The notes under the pieces: generated by a model
The model's input: the letters and a program-made list of their open reading frames with translations, nothing else
Databases searched by the model: none
What the model was told of the DNA's origin: nothing
Shown here: one piece after another, positions 21,290 through 30,767 of the stretch
Position numbering within the stretch: position 1 is the first letter of the stretch
Layout: the number at the start of each line of letters is the position of its first letter
Assembly: GCA_020632265.1 (NCBI GenBank)
Contig: JACKFW010000001.1
Location: forward strand, 791,272-855,271
DNA from: Pseudomonadales bacterium
GTDB taxonomy: Bacteria; Patescibacteriota; Microgenomatia; UBA1400; PJMF01
Direction of reading: 5' to 3'
Length of the DNA stretch: 64,000 bases
Position numbers and translations under genes: made by a program

Positions 21290-22591
21290 ATGCTAAAACA
21301 CATATATACAAAACTTTCTTCTGGTTTGCAAATTATTAGAGTGCCAATGGCTGGAGTAGAATCAATTACTGTTCTAGCTCTTTGTAATACTGGCTCTAGA
21401 TATGAAACTCCTGCAGAGGAGGGGATTGCTCATTTTTTTGAGCATATAGTTTTTAAAGGAACCAAGAATTATCCTGATGCTCAAATTTTGGCTGGGGCGA
21501 TTGATGAAATTGGCGCTGATTTTAATGCATTTACAAGCAAAGAATACACTGGCTACTATGTTAAGTCTGCCAGCAAGCATATTGAAAGGTCTTTGGATGT
21601 TGTTTCTGATATGTTACTTCAACCCCTGATCAAAGAGGACGATGTTCAACGAGAAAAAAAAGTGATTATTGAAGAAATTAATATGTATCAAGACATGCCA
21701 AAGTCACAGGTAGGAAATATTTTTGAAACAATGGTTTTTGACGGTTCGGGATTGAGCCATGATATTTTAGGTTCAAGAGAAACAATCAATGCGATTACCA
21801 GAAAACATTTTTTAAAATTTTTAAAGAAATGGTATTCACTTGGAAACTTGGTTTTAGTAATTGCTGGAGATGCCAAGGTGGTAAATTCAGAAAAGACAAT
21901 ACCGTTGGTAAAAAAATATTTCAATAAAGAACATGAAGAGCGCGATTCAGGAAGAATTGATACGATCAAGTTAGTTTCCAAAGAACTGAGAATTTCGAAT
22001 AAAAAATTAAAGCTTGAATATAAAAAAACAGAGCAAGCGCATTTGGTTCTTGGGTGGGTAGGGTTGAATCGTGATGACGAGCGAAGATACGCACTTACCT
22101 TGCTTGCAACGGTGTTGGGCGGAAACATGAGTTCAAGACTTTTTACTGAGGTTAGAGAAAAGCGAGGATTATGTTATTACGTTCGTTCTGACAATGATTA
22201 TTATCACAATACAGGTATTTTTGGAGCATCAGCTGGTGTGGATCCTACCAGAATAGATGAGGCAATCAAAGTAATTCTTGATGAGTTTAGTTCGCTGGCA
22301 AATGGCAAAAATCCAATTACTGCCGACGAATTGCGCAAAGCTAAAGATTACATCAATGGCACGATGGTTTTAGGGCTTGAAGACAGCAGAAGTGTTGGCC
22401 AATTTTTTGGTTTGAAGCAGGTTCTTTCTGATAAAATCTCGTCACCTCAAGAAGTTCTTGATAAAATTAGCAAAGTAACTTTGGCTCAGGTAAATAAATT
22501 GGCAAAAGATTTGATAGTTCCCGGTGAGGCCCGATTGGCAGTTATTGGACCATACAAAAGTACTAAGAAATTTGCCCAATTAATAAAATAG
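21290..22591 (+). CDS. M16-family zinc peptidase (pitrilysin-like).
   Basis: It carries the inverted zinc motif HFFEH (HxxEH) near the N-terminus. Size is 433 aa. Confidence 0.85.
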   Translation: MLKHIYTKLSSGLQIIRVPMAGVESITVLALCNTGSRYETPAEEGIAHFFEHIVFKGTKNYPDAQILAGAIDEIGADFNAFTSKEYTGYYVKSASKHIERSLDVVSDMLLQPLIKEDDVQREKKVIIEEINMYQDMPKSQVGNIFETMVFDGSGLSHDILGSRETINAITRKHFLKFLKKWYSLGNLVLVIAGDAKVVNSEKTIPLVKKYFNKEHEERDSGRIDTIKLVSKELRISNKKLKLEYKKTEQAHLVLGWVGLNRDDERRYALTLLATVLGGNMSSRLFTEVREKRGLCYYVRSDNDYYHNTGIFGASAGVDPTRIDEAIKVILDEFSSLANGKNPITADELRKAKDYINGTMVLGLEDSRSVGQFFGLKQVLSDKISSPQEVLDKISKVTLAQVNKLAKDLIVPGEARLAVIGPYKSTKKFAQLIK

Positions 22592-22645
22592 CAATTCGTA
22601 AAGTTGACAGAATAATGATATATTTATCTTGAGAAAGGAGCTAAT

Positions 22646-23125
22646 ATGAAAACAACCCAAACAGCAGTTTTAGTCAAGCCAGATGGTCTTCAAAGAGGAC
22701 TAATTGGAGAAATAATTTCGAGATTTGAAAGAAAAGGCTTAAAACTTATTGGTTTGAAAATGATTAATATGAATGACGAACAACTCTCTGATTGGTATTC
22801 AGAGCATAAAGACAAGAGTTTTTTTGGTGATCTTAAGTCATTCATGGGTTCTATGCCAATTGTATGTATGGTCTGGGAAGGCATTGATGCCGTTCCCGTT
22901 GTCAGAAAACTTGTTGGAACTACTTTGGGCAGAGAAGCAGAGGCAGGATCAATTCGTGGAGATTTTGGCATGAGTCAACAATTCAATTTGATTCATGCAT
23001 CGGCAAATGGAGATGATGCACAACGCGAAATCAGAATTGTGTTTGATGACAATGAATTATTTAAATATCATAGTGTAAGAGAAGTGGTAGTTTATGCAGA
23101 CTATGAGTTAAGCTCTTTGAAATAA
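22646..23125 (+). CDS. ndk: Nucleoside diphosphate kinase.
   Basis: The NLIHASA active-site His region is present. Size is 159 aa. Confidence 0.85.
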   Translation: MKTTQTAVLVKPDGLQRGLIGEIISRFERKGLKLIGLKMINMNDEQLSDWYSEHKDKSFFGDLKSFMGSMPIVCMVWEGIDAVPVVRKLVGTTLGREAEAGSIRGDFGMSQQFNLIHASANGDDAQREIRIVFDDNELFKYHSVREVVVYADYELSSLK

Positions 23126-23144
23126 TCGATTTTGAATTTGAAAG

Positions 23145-23176
23145 AGCCGTTCAAGTGAAAACTTGGCGGCTTTTTT
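23145..23176 (+). terminator. Intrinsic terminator after ndk.
   Basis: Hairpin GCCGTTCAAGT-GAAA-ACTTGGCGGC followed by TTTTTT. Confidence 0.55.
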
Positions 23177-23251
23177 GTGCCCCCGCCGAGAATTGAACTT
23201 GGAACTAGCGCTTAGGAGGCACTTGTTATATCCGTTTAACTACAGGGGCAC
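23176..23251 (-). other. Non-canonical tRNA-like element, possibly a degenerate tRNA or pseudogene. Its anticodon loop is CU-CCU-AA (Arg-CCU-like).
   Basis: On the minus strand the acceptor GTGCCCC pairs with GGGGCAC. The anticodon stem AGTGC/GCGCT encloses loop CTCCTAA. The T-arm is CCAAG-TTCAATT-CTCGG with one mismatch. The D-arm is poor and two extra nucleotides lie on each side of the acceptor stem. Confidence 0.3.
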
Positions 23252-23402
23252 TGTCGTGACTCACAATTTCAATACGAAATCGATCAATCGTATTTTATCA
23301 AATTTTTGTGTTTTTGATATGCATAGTCATTATATTCAAGCTATGATATATTTAGTAGCTTTTGATCATGACACTGATTAAAATTGATATTGGAAGCTTA
23401 AT

Positions 23403-24545
23403 GTGCAAAAAAAAACACCAAAAAAAACAGTAAAAAAAATTCATAAAAAAGTGGATAGAACAAAAACTGACTTGGATTTAATTTTAAGAAACGCTCATTT
23501 TTTGCGTCCTTCGGGGCAGTCATTTTGGGATTTTTTGACTTTTGAAAATATTCCTTTTACAAAAAAACATTTTCCTTTTTTATCCCCACATACAAAACCA
23601 AAAATTAAAAAAATTTTTGATTTTTCAGAATACATGAAGATTGGTTCAAGAGGCGAGGCCCTATCGTATTTGTACGATGGATTTGGTAAATCTTTTAATT
23701 ATGTGGGTCCAGTGTTAGATTCAGAGTTAAAACATGGGTTTAATGATCATACTGATCGACACACGCTTTGGGTAAGTCAAACAGGTGTGGAATTACTTCA
23801 GCGTGCTGGTGTTTCCTATGATGGCAAAGGTCAATATGATTCTAATACAGAAGTATTAATGACTTTAATAGGCATGACACATGACTTAGGCAACTTTTTT
23901 TCAAGAAAAGAGCATTCCACTTATAGCGCTTGGTTGCTAACTAGATTATTTAGTAATTTTGAAAAACATAAAGATGAATTTGATGCCGTTTTGCATGCAG
24001 TTTTATTTCATGAAGAACCAATTTTGATCGATCTAAACTTGGAAATTTCCAATGGCACTCCACTTCAATGGGCTTTAGTTGCTGCCGATAAAATGCATGT
24101 TGGTAGAGATAGAATTGGTGGCAGATCTTTTCAAAGTGGGATTGAAAATGGGGCATTAGAAGATGACATTCATATAGTTTTGAATGCTTTGATCGTTCGT
24201 TCGGCATGGTATTTGGGTGTTAGAAGCTTTGTTTGGCATTTAGATTTCAGCATTGACCAGCTCGAGGAAAAATTTGAGAGTTTTACGACGGGAAACAAAA
24301 GACTTTACTTGCCAAAATTTTTTCAGAATGTCTTTATAAAAAAAGGTATTGTATATAGAGAATCATTCGTAAAATTGTTTAATGAAATATATATTCACAG
24401 AATGAAAATGGCCGCAAAGTGTGTCTTTTTGTTATTTCCTCATATCAATGAATTTAGAGTTGAACTATCTGACAATGACACAAGAGCAAAGGTAGGTAGT
24501 GCTAAAATGACAGTTTTTGTGATTAGGAGAAAACAACTTTTTTAG
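23403..24545 (+). CDS. HD-domain-like hypothetical protein (380 aa).
   Basis: H...HDLG motif (GMTHDLGNFF). The call is otherwise uncharacterised. Confidence 0.45.
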   Translation: MQKKTPKKTVKKIHKKVDRTKTDLDLILRNAHFLRPSGQSFWDFLTFENIPFTKKHFPFLSPHTKPKIKKIFDFSEYMKIGSRGEALSYLYDGFGKSFNYVGPVLDSELKHGFNDHTDRHTLWVSQTGVELLQRAGVSYDGKGQYDSNTEVLMTLIGMTHDLGNFFSRKEHSTYSAWLLTRLFSNFEKHKDEFDAVLHAVLFHEEPILIDLNLEISNGTPLQWALVAADKMHVGRDRIGGRSFQSGIENGALEDDIHIVLNALIVRSAWYLGVRSFVWHLDFSIDQLEEKFESFTTGNKRLYLPKFFQNVFIKKGIVYRESFVKLFNEIYIHRMKMAAKCVFLLFPHINEFRVELSDNDTRAKVGSAKMTVFVIRRKQLF

Positions 24546-24603
24546 TTTGTTATTAAATATTTTTTGAAAATTTTGAATAAGTTGTGACTATTTTTTAAGA
24601 TCT

Positions 24604-25953
24604 TTATTTTTTTAGTTCAATTGCATATAAATTGCTTGGAGCGTCTGGACTAAAGCTAGTTAAGATAACCAGTTTATCGCCGTTTGGCCAAGGATAAACA
24701 AATTTATCTACAAATGGTCCAGAATAAATATTTGTTTGATTGGTTGTATCGTATTCCATAATTTTAATGTTATTTTCTTGAATATAAATTAAGTGTTTTG
24801 AATCTGGGAACCATTGAAGTGTGTCGACAAATAATGAGCTATGATACATATTAAATCTGGTTGCAGTCTCAGCAGAAGTTGTTGCTTGAAGTGCATAGAA
24901 AGCACTAGGAGATGCATTAATTAATTCAGAGTTTTTATCAAGCATATCTAAAGCTAAGAGTTGTTTTGAATTAATTTCAGCTTCGGCTGTGGCTTCAGTT
25001 CCGACTCTGAAATTCTTATCTTCTTCACGATCATAGATGTAGATTCCTCCAGGAACGATTGTTCTTTCTTCAGGTTGAGAGTTGGTAGCCGGGATTAATG
25101 GGGCAATTTTATCGGGTAGAGTTAATTCGGTTGTTGCTGTATACATCAGACGTTTCTTATCAGGAGAAACATAGACATTTTTGGCACTCTGTGTGGCCAC
25201 TGTAATAATTTCTGCTGGAAATTTGGCGAAATTTTCTCTTTCTCTAAGATACATTTCTTGTTCCCATTCTGATAATATTTGTTTTTTTCTGTATGAAACG
25301 TCTGAAAGTGAGTCTAAAGCGTTCATGGTAGAAATATCTAATAAAACCTCTCTTTGATTATCTAATAAAATTAATTCATTACTGTCTGGTGACCAAATAA
25401 ATTTGGCATTTTTTAAATCAAAGTTAATTGAGTCATCAGTTATTTGTCTTGCTTCTTTTTGAAACGAGAGAGGATTATTGGTTAGCTCTAGGATGTAAAG
25501 GCCATTTTTTCTATCAGAAGAATTGGAATCAGAATAAAAAACAATTTTTTGACCATCTGGAGATGGGGACATGTTTTGAGCGCCAGAAAAAGTGAGCGTA
25601 CTCAGGCTAGGGGCCTTTGGAAAAAGCGTTGCGTTGGTTTGAACCACCAGTTCCTGTTCAATTTTTATATTTTTTTCCCATGAATTATATCCGTCTTTTT
25701 CGATTTTAACGTTATATTCACCAGGCACAAGATAAATGGTGTCGTCGGTAGCAGTTACAAGTTTGTCATCAATAAGCACTTCTGCTGCAGTAGGAAATGA
25801 GTTAGCTGCCAGTAAGCCAGTGCCTTGAATAAATCCCTCAGGGGTAACTCTAAATCCACCTTTTGCATATATAATAGCTATGGCCGTACCTGCCAAGATT
25901 GCTATCGCAGATAAGGCTGTGTAAACAAACCGTTTGTTGACCCATGACTTCAT
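24604..25953 (-). CDS. Membrane-anchored PEGA-domain/beta-propeller (TolB-like) protein (449 aa).
   Basis: N-terminal TM. PEGA-like segment (LVTATDDTIYLVPGEYNVKIEKDGY). WD/TolB-like repeats. Confidence 0.5.
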   Translation of the reverse strand: MKSWVNKRFVYTALSAIAILAGTAIAIIYAKGGFRVTPEGFIQGTGLLAANSFPTAAEVLIDDKLVTATDDTIYLVPGEYNVKIEKDGYNSWEKNIKIEQELVVQTNATLFPKAPSLSTLTFSGAQNMSPSPDGQKIVFYSDSNSSDRKNGLYILELTNNPLSFQKEARQITDDSINFDLKNAKFIWSPDSNELILLDNQREVLLDISTMNALDSLSDVSYRKKQILSEWEQEMYLRERENFAKFPAEIITVATQSAKNVYVSPDKKRLMYTATTELTLPDKIAPLIPATNSQPEERTIVPGGIYIYDREEDKNFRVGTEATAEAEINSKQLLALDMLDKNSELINASPSAFYALQATTSAETATRFNMYHSSLFVDTLQWFPDSKHLIYIQENNIKIMEYDTTNQTNIYSGPFVDKFVYPWPNGDKLVILTSFSPDAPSNLYAIELKK

Positions 25954-25989
25954 AACTGTATTATATAGCTAAGTGATGAAAGAATCTAA

Positions 25990-27015
25990 ATGAAAATTCC
26001 ATTATTGTCTAAGATTAATAAAAAAATTGGTATTGATCTGGGAAGTCAAAATACCAGAATTTGGATTGAAGGAAAAGGAGTTGTATATCAAGAACCTACT
26101 TGTATTGCTGTCGAAAAAAATAACGAAAACGTCTTAGCAGTTGGATTAGAAGCAGTCGAAATGGATGGCAGGGTAGGTGAGCACATTAATGTTATTTATC
26201 CTATATTGGGTGGTGAAATATTTGATGATTTAGCTATAAAAGCATACTTAAAAATTTTATTGAACAAGTTTGTTGGTTCAATTTTGATGTTAAACCCAAT
26301 CATTATGGTGAGTGTGCCTGTTCTTTCATCTCAAGCAGATCGAGAGATAGTTACTGAGATAATTTATAGTTTGGGCGCAGCTGAGGTTTATACAATTGCA
26401 CAGCCTTTGGCTGCTAGCATTGGTGCAGGAGTACCTATTGCAGATACTTCTGGAACTTTTTTTCTACATATGGGAGAGGGCGTTGTAGAAGGCGTGGTAA
26501 TTTCTTTGGGAAGCATTATTTCTTTAGCTTCTGGTCAATATTCTGGCGCTTATTTTTCTGAAAGAATTATTTTTTTTCTAAGGGAAAACTTTTCTTTAAA
26601 GATAAGTAAATCGGTATCAGAGCAAATTGTCAGAGATGTTATTTCAATTAATAAGAAAAATTCTCTAGAAAAAATGATTGGAGGTCAGGATACCAAAACA
26701 GAAAATCCCAAAGAAATTAAAATTAGCTCAAATGACTTTCTTCCCGAAACTCTGTTGTTTTTGGAAAAAATTGAAGATTTATTGAGAGACTTGTTGTCAA
26801 AAATGCCGCCAGAATTAACTGTTGACGTAATAGATAAAGGTTTATTGATATCTGGAGGTTTGGCAAATATTGCTAATATTGAAGATTATTTTGTTGAAAA
26901 ATTAGGCATTCCTGTTGCGGTTGTTGATAATCCTGAGTCTGTTGTTATCGAAGGGATCGGAACTGCCTTGACACATTTGTCTTTATTTAAAAAAAGCTTG
27001 GGTTATACAGAATAG
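25990..27015 (+). CDS. Actin-like ATPase of the MreB family (341 aa).
   Basis: The N-terminal phosphate-1 motif IGIDLGSQNTRIW (cf. MreB IGIDLGTANT) is present. The C-terminal ISGGLANIANIED...GIPVAVVDNPESVVIEG matches the MreB adenosine/phosphate-2 region. Confidence 0.7.
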   Translation: MKIPLLSKINKKIGIDLGSQNTRIWIEGKGVVYQEPTCIAVEKNNENVLAVGLEAVEMDGRVGEHINVIYPILGGEIFDDLAIKAYLKILLNKFVGSILMLNPIIMVSVPVLSSQADREIVTEIIYSLGAAEVYTIAQPLAASIGAGVPIADTSGTFFLHMGEGVVEGVVISLGSIISLASGQYSGAYFSERIIFFLRENFSLKISKSVSEQIVRDVISINKKNSLEKMIGGQDTKTENPKEIKISSNDFLPETLLFLEKIEDLLRDLLSKMPPELTVDVIDKGLLISGGLANIANIEDYFVEKLGIPVAVVDNPESVVIEGIGTALTHLSLFKKSLGYTE

Positions 27016-27094
27016 CGAAATGCGTAGCAACATAGAAGTCTGGTGGCCCAGAGTTAAATATAAGTCTGGTGGCTCAGAGTTCAGGAGAGCAAAA

Positions 27095-28678
27095 TTAATT
27101 ACATACAAATTTCTTAAATTGCTCGCCTCGGTCTTGATAATCTCTGAAATGTCCAAAGCTGGCTGCCGCTGGACTTAATAAGACCACGTCTCCTTGATTA
27201 GCAATTTCTTTTGCAACCGCAACAGCCTCTTTCATATTTTCGGCATAAGTGTGTCTGGTTCGGCTCGCGTCGTTTAAACCTAAAGCGTCCTCATGAGCTC
27301 GAACTTTTTGAAGAATATTTCTTCCAGTATCTGGCAATAGTATTAAATGCTTAATGTTACTATTGGAAATTGTTTTGGCTAGTTCTTCTAGCTTTAGGTT
27401 TCTTTCATGTCCGCCAACTATTAAAATTATTGGTGAATTATTGAAACTATCAATAGCCGCAATTGTAGAGGCTGGAGTTGTTGATAATGAATCATTCACA
27501 TATATGATTCCATCGCTATTTGAGACCATCTCTAGCCTGTGAGGCAGTGTTTTAAAAGTCATTAAGCTCTGTTGGATGTCCGAAGTTTCGCATCCTAGTT
27601 CTTTTGCAATAATAATTGAAGGAATTGAGTTTAAAATGTTGTGTTTTCCAGTAACAGGCAGGTCTTCAGTTTTGATAATAACTTCATTTTTGTAGATAAT
27701 TTCTCCATGTCTTACATTGTTTTTTAGACTAAAGCTTATTTTTTTTGCCTTACTTAATTTTGAAAGTTCTTGAGCAACCTCGTTATCGCTAAAAATTAAT
27801 AGGTCACTAGATTTTTGGAAACGAGCAATTTGAGATTTGGCTTGAATGTATTCTTCAAAGTTTTGATAGTAATCCAGATGTTCAGGTGTAATATCAAGAA
27901 TAACTGCCATTGTTGGACTAAAAACCGCATCTTTTAGTTGGTGACATGACATTTCAAGCACGATGTTTATCGGCCTTTTTGTTGTGTTTTTTGAGGTATT
28001 TGCTACGTGCGTTGACTCGCTTGCAATATTTTTTGAGGTATTTGCTGTGTGCGTTGACTCGCTTGCAATATTTTTTGAGGTATTTGCTGTGTGCGTTGAC
28101 TCGCTTGCTAAGTTTTTTAATGAGGCAAGTTTTTTGATTTTGTTCCACAAAGATAGAGGGGGTATGCCAATATTTCCTCCTAAAATAGATTGTAAATTAC
28201 AATTTTTTAAAACATGATGAATCATTGAGGTGGTCGTGCTTTTTCCTTTGGTGCCTGTTACACCAATAACATTAACCGTTCCTTCTTCAAGAGTTTCGAT
28301 TAATTGGAAGAAAATATTTGTATTTGAAGTAAATTCTGACTTGATTCTTACAGATTCTAATAAAAGTTGATTCTTTGGTGGTATTCCAGGAGATTTGATT
28401 ATTATAAAATTTCTTGCTGTGTTATTGCTCGCCACGAACTTCTCATCTTTTGTGAGTTCTGTAATACTAGTTGAAAAATGTGTATCTCGATCTTCTTTGC
28501 CGATTCTCATCCAAACGCTATCAAGATCTGAGAGTTTTTTATCATCTACTAAGTATAGTTTTTTTTCAGGTAAATGTTCTCTAAAAAATTGGTAACTAGA
28601 AAGTCCTTCACGACCTAAGCCGAGTATGATGATTGTTTTTGAGTCGAAATCTTTTAGCAAATCATTAATATTAGACAT
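27095..28678 (-). CDS. murD: Mur ligase (UDP-N-acetylmuramoylalanine--D-glutamate ligase-like) with an in-frame tandem-repeat insertion.
   Basis: N-terminal Rossmann segment IIILGLGREGLSS. Mur ligase P-loop GVTGTKGKSTTTSM. The inserted repeat is ASESTH(T/V)ANTSKNI x3. Confidence 0.75.
   Translation of the reverse strand: MSNINDLLKDFDSKTIIILGLGREGLSSYQFFREHLPEKKLYLVDDKKLSDLDSVWMRIGKEDRDTHFSTSITELTKDEKFVASNNTARNFIIIKSPGIPPKNQLLLESVRIKSEFTSNTNIFFQLIETLEEGTVNVIGVTGTKGKSTTTSMIHHVLKNCNLQSILGGNIGIPPLSLWNKIKKLASLKNLASESTHTANTSKNIASESTHTANTSKNIASESTHVANTSKNTTKRPINIVLEMSCHQLKDAVFSPTMAVILDITPEHLDYYQNFEEYIQAKSQIARFQKSSDLLIFSDNEVAQELSKLSKAKKISFSLKNNVRHGEIIYKNEVIIKTEDLPVTGKHNILNSIPSIIIAKELGCETSDIQQSLMTFKTLPHRLEMVSNSDGIIYVNDSLSTTPASTIAAIDSFNNSPIILIVGGHERNLKLEELAKTISNSNIKHLILLPDTGRNILQKVRAHEDALGLNDASRTRHTYAENMKEAVAVAKEIANQGDVVLLSPAAASFGHFRDYQDRGEQFKKFVCN
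27987..28112. repeat. Three tandem 42-bp units within the murD-like CDS. They are in frame and encode ASESTHTANTSKNI x3.
   Basis: Seen directly. The units differ by 1-3 substitutions. Confidence 0.8.
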
Positions 28679-30278
28679 ATTTCTTTAATACCTTTACTAG
28701 TTCTTTTGGTAGGGAGTTTTCATCATTCCAAGCATTGAGGATTGCATTTGTTCTTTGATCGAGATTGTCTTCCTTACTAATAATTCCAAGATTAATCTTT
28801 TCTACAAGAGCCGGTAATTGCTGGTTTGATTTCTGAATTTTTTTGATTGAGAGGTAAAAAGCAACAATGGTTTCTTCGTGCGTACCAACACAATCGAGAG
28901 GTTTTTTTGCTCCTGCCCCAAGTATTTCTTGAGCAATTGGCCATAATTCCAGATCATCAAACATATTTTTGCCAAAATATGAGTTGATTTCTTCCGATTT
29001 CATAAAAGGGAAGAGAATGACGTAGGCAAAAAGACATTTTGAACACTCTCCACACCAAGAATTGGTTTTTTGACCTCGATTACAGCTCCTAAAAATGTGA
29101 TGGTATTTTTTCATTCCCGAGTTTAGGTCAGAATTTCCAGAGAAAATTTTGGCAATTTGAAGTTCGTACAAAGGTCTTAAGAATGAAAAGTAAAATGGTG
29201 AGTCTGCTGGTAAAAATTTTCTTGAATAGTCTTGAAAGTCTGTTTCAAATTCAAAAGTTTTGGAGTATTGATGGTTGATTTCATGATCAAAAAATTGAAC
29301 ATTTCCCTCGTTGGAGCTTCTTTCATTTGATACAGCTACATGAGAAAAACCGAATAAGTCTGCGCAAAAGACACTTAAAAATGCAAATAATGAAGAAATT
29401 GGCACGTGTCCATTTAAATATCCTTGAGAGTTGAGCTCAATTAACTTAGGATCAATTGATCTATCAACAATAATTACGTTTTGCATCTTTTTTGCTGAAA
29501 TTAGATCAAGACTTGCCCGAGTTGGATTGACCACAAAAACGCCGTTTGAATTGCCGGTCTGGTTTGAGTCGCCGGTCTGGTTTGAATTGCCGGTCTGTTT
29601 TGCTTTGCTGGTCTGGTTTGAATTGCCGGTCTGTTTTGCTTTGCTGGTCTGGTTTGAATTGCTCCATATATTTAAATTATTTACCCGCAACATTTCTGTC
29701 TCAAGGATTTCTAAGCTCACTGCCGAATCTTTACCCCCTCCGATTGGAATGAGAATATTAGTAACTCGATCAGAGTTTAGTCGTTGAGAGTCTTGGTTTT
29801 CTGAGCTTTGAACCTGAGAACTAGATTGTTCACTTTTTTCTAGTTGATCGTCCACAATCGAAGAACAAACAATTTTAACGAAGTTTTCTTGTGTAAAGTT
29901 GATATTATTTACAAAAAAGTATTCTCCCATACCTTTGATTAGGAGTTTATGCCACCAATTAATTTGTTCTTGGTTAAGATATCCAGCCTTAATCTCGATA
30001 ATTGGTGAAGCTGTGCTTTTCCAATAACTAAGCATTTCTGCAAGACCAAGGTTGAAAACATATCGATCAACATTTTCTTTTCCAAGGTTTTCGATCATGT
30101 CTCTAGTTACATTCTTTATGACAAGAGTTGGAGAGAAAGAAATATCTGGTTCGATAGAAAAACTAAAGGAAATTATAAGATTGTTGTTATCTACTAACCA
30201 AGAATAATTTTGATAAGAAAATTTATGATTAGTGTTTTGGAGTTCTTCAAATGTTGTCATGTTTTGATTATATCTCAT
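28671..30278 (-). CDS. PP-loop ATPase-family protein, possibly an N-acetyl-sugar amidotransferase-like enzyme. It has an in-frame repeat insertion and a C-terminal Cys cluster.
   Basis: PP-loop-like IPIGGGKDS. C-terminal CGECSKC. Internal repeat NSNQTSKAKQTG. It is adjacent to the tagA-like and murD-like genes. Confidence 0.45.
   Translation of the reverse strand: MRYNQNMTTFEELQNTNHKFSYQNYSWLVDNNNLIISFSFSIEPDISFSPTLVIKNVTRDMIENLGKENVDRYVFNLGLAEMLSYWKSTASPIIEIKAGYLNQEQINWWHKLLIKGMGEYFFVNNINFTQENFVKIVCSSIVDDQLEKSEQSSSQVQSSENQDSQRLNSDRVTNILIPIGGGKDSAVSLEILETEMLRVNNLNIWSNSNQTSKAKQTGNSNQTSKAKQTGNSNQTGDSNQTGNSNGVFVVNPTRASLDLISAKKMQNVIIVDRSIDPKLIELNSQGYLNGHVPISSLFAFLSVFCADLFGFSHVAVSNERSSNEGNVQFFDHEINHQYSKTFEFETDFQDYSRKFLPADSPFYFSFLRPLYELQIAKIFSGNSDLNSGMKKYHHIFRSCNRGQKTNSWCGECSKCLFAYVILFPFMKSEEINSYFGKNMFDDLELWPIAQEILGAGAKKPLDCVGTHEETIVAFYLSIKKIQKSNQQLPALVEKINLGIISKEDNLDQRTNAILNAWNDENSLPKELVKVLKKYV
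29553..29662. repeat. Tandem 36-bp and 18-bp units within the PP-loop CDS. They encode NSNQTSKAKQTG repeats.
   Basis: Seen directly (GCCGGTCTGGTTTGAATT and related units). Confidence 0.75.
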
Positions 30279-30767
30279 TTATAAATTATTCTCATAAATA
30301 GTATTATTTGAGGTGATTTGAAGTTTTTTGAAGGATTTTAAAATTAGCAAAATTTAGATTTCCTTCGGGTAATTAATTCTATACAGCGCAATTTTTTATA
30401 ATAGGTGGGGGAGAGGTTATCAAATTCATATTTTCTCAAGTAAAAATGTACTCAAATATGCATAAAATTTTTAAAATTTGGTAAATTGGTGTTCAAAAAT
30501 AGTTACAACTTGACTAATAGTTGCTTCGTAAAATAGAACAAAAAAGTTACTCATCAAAAAAACACGAACCAAATACGAAAACTATTTTTACTTTTAAGTA
30601 TCTTTTATATTGAAAAATCTGATAAAATAGTTTGTAATGTAGTGTAATTTTTTAATAAATTGGCAAAAAATAGTACGTCTTATAATTAATCAATGACTAG
30701 CTCAAAATATATCGATTATATTGGTTTATTTTGGTAATAGAGATAAATTAAAAATGCATTAAAAAGT

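Noticed and set aside
27036-27083. Two copies of AAGTCTGGTGGC(C/T)CAGAGTT between the convergent MreB-like and murD-like genes. Considered as a mobile-element end.
   Set aside because: Each copy forms a small hairpin (TCTGG-TGGC-CCAGA). They are most simply read as bidirectional terminator hairpins in a convergent intergenic region. They are too short and isolated for a mobile-element call.
27946-28217. Three small ORFs (63-84 aa) with internally repeated peptide sequence.
   Set aside because: They are generated by the 42-bp tandem repeat inside the murD-like CDS and are read in wrong frames or on the wrong strand.
29431-29787. 118-aa and 68-aa plus-strand ORFs with WFELPVCFALLV repeats.
   Set aside because: They are antisense or alternate-frame readings of the tandem repeat in the PP-loop gene.
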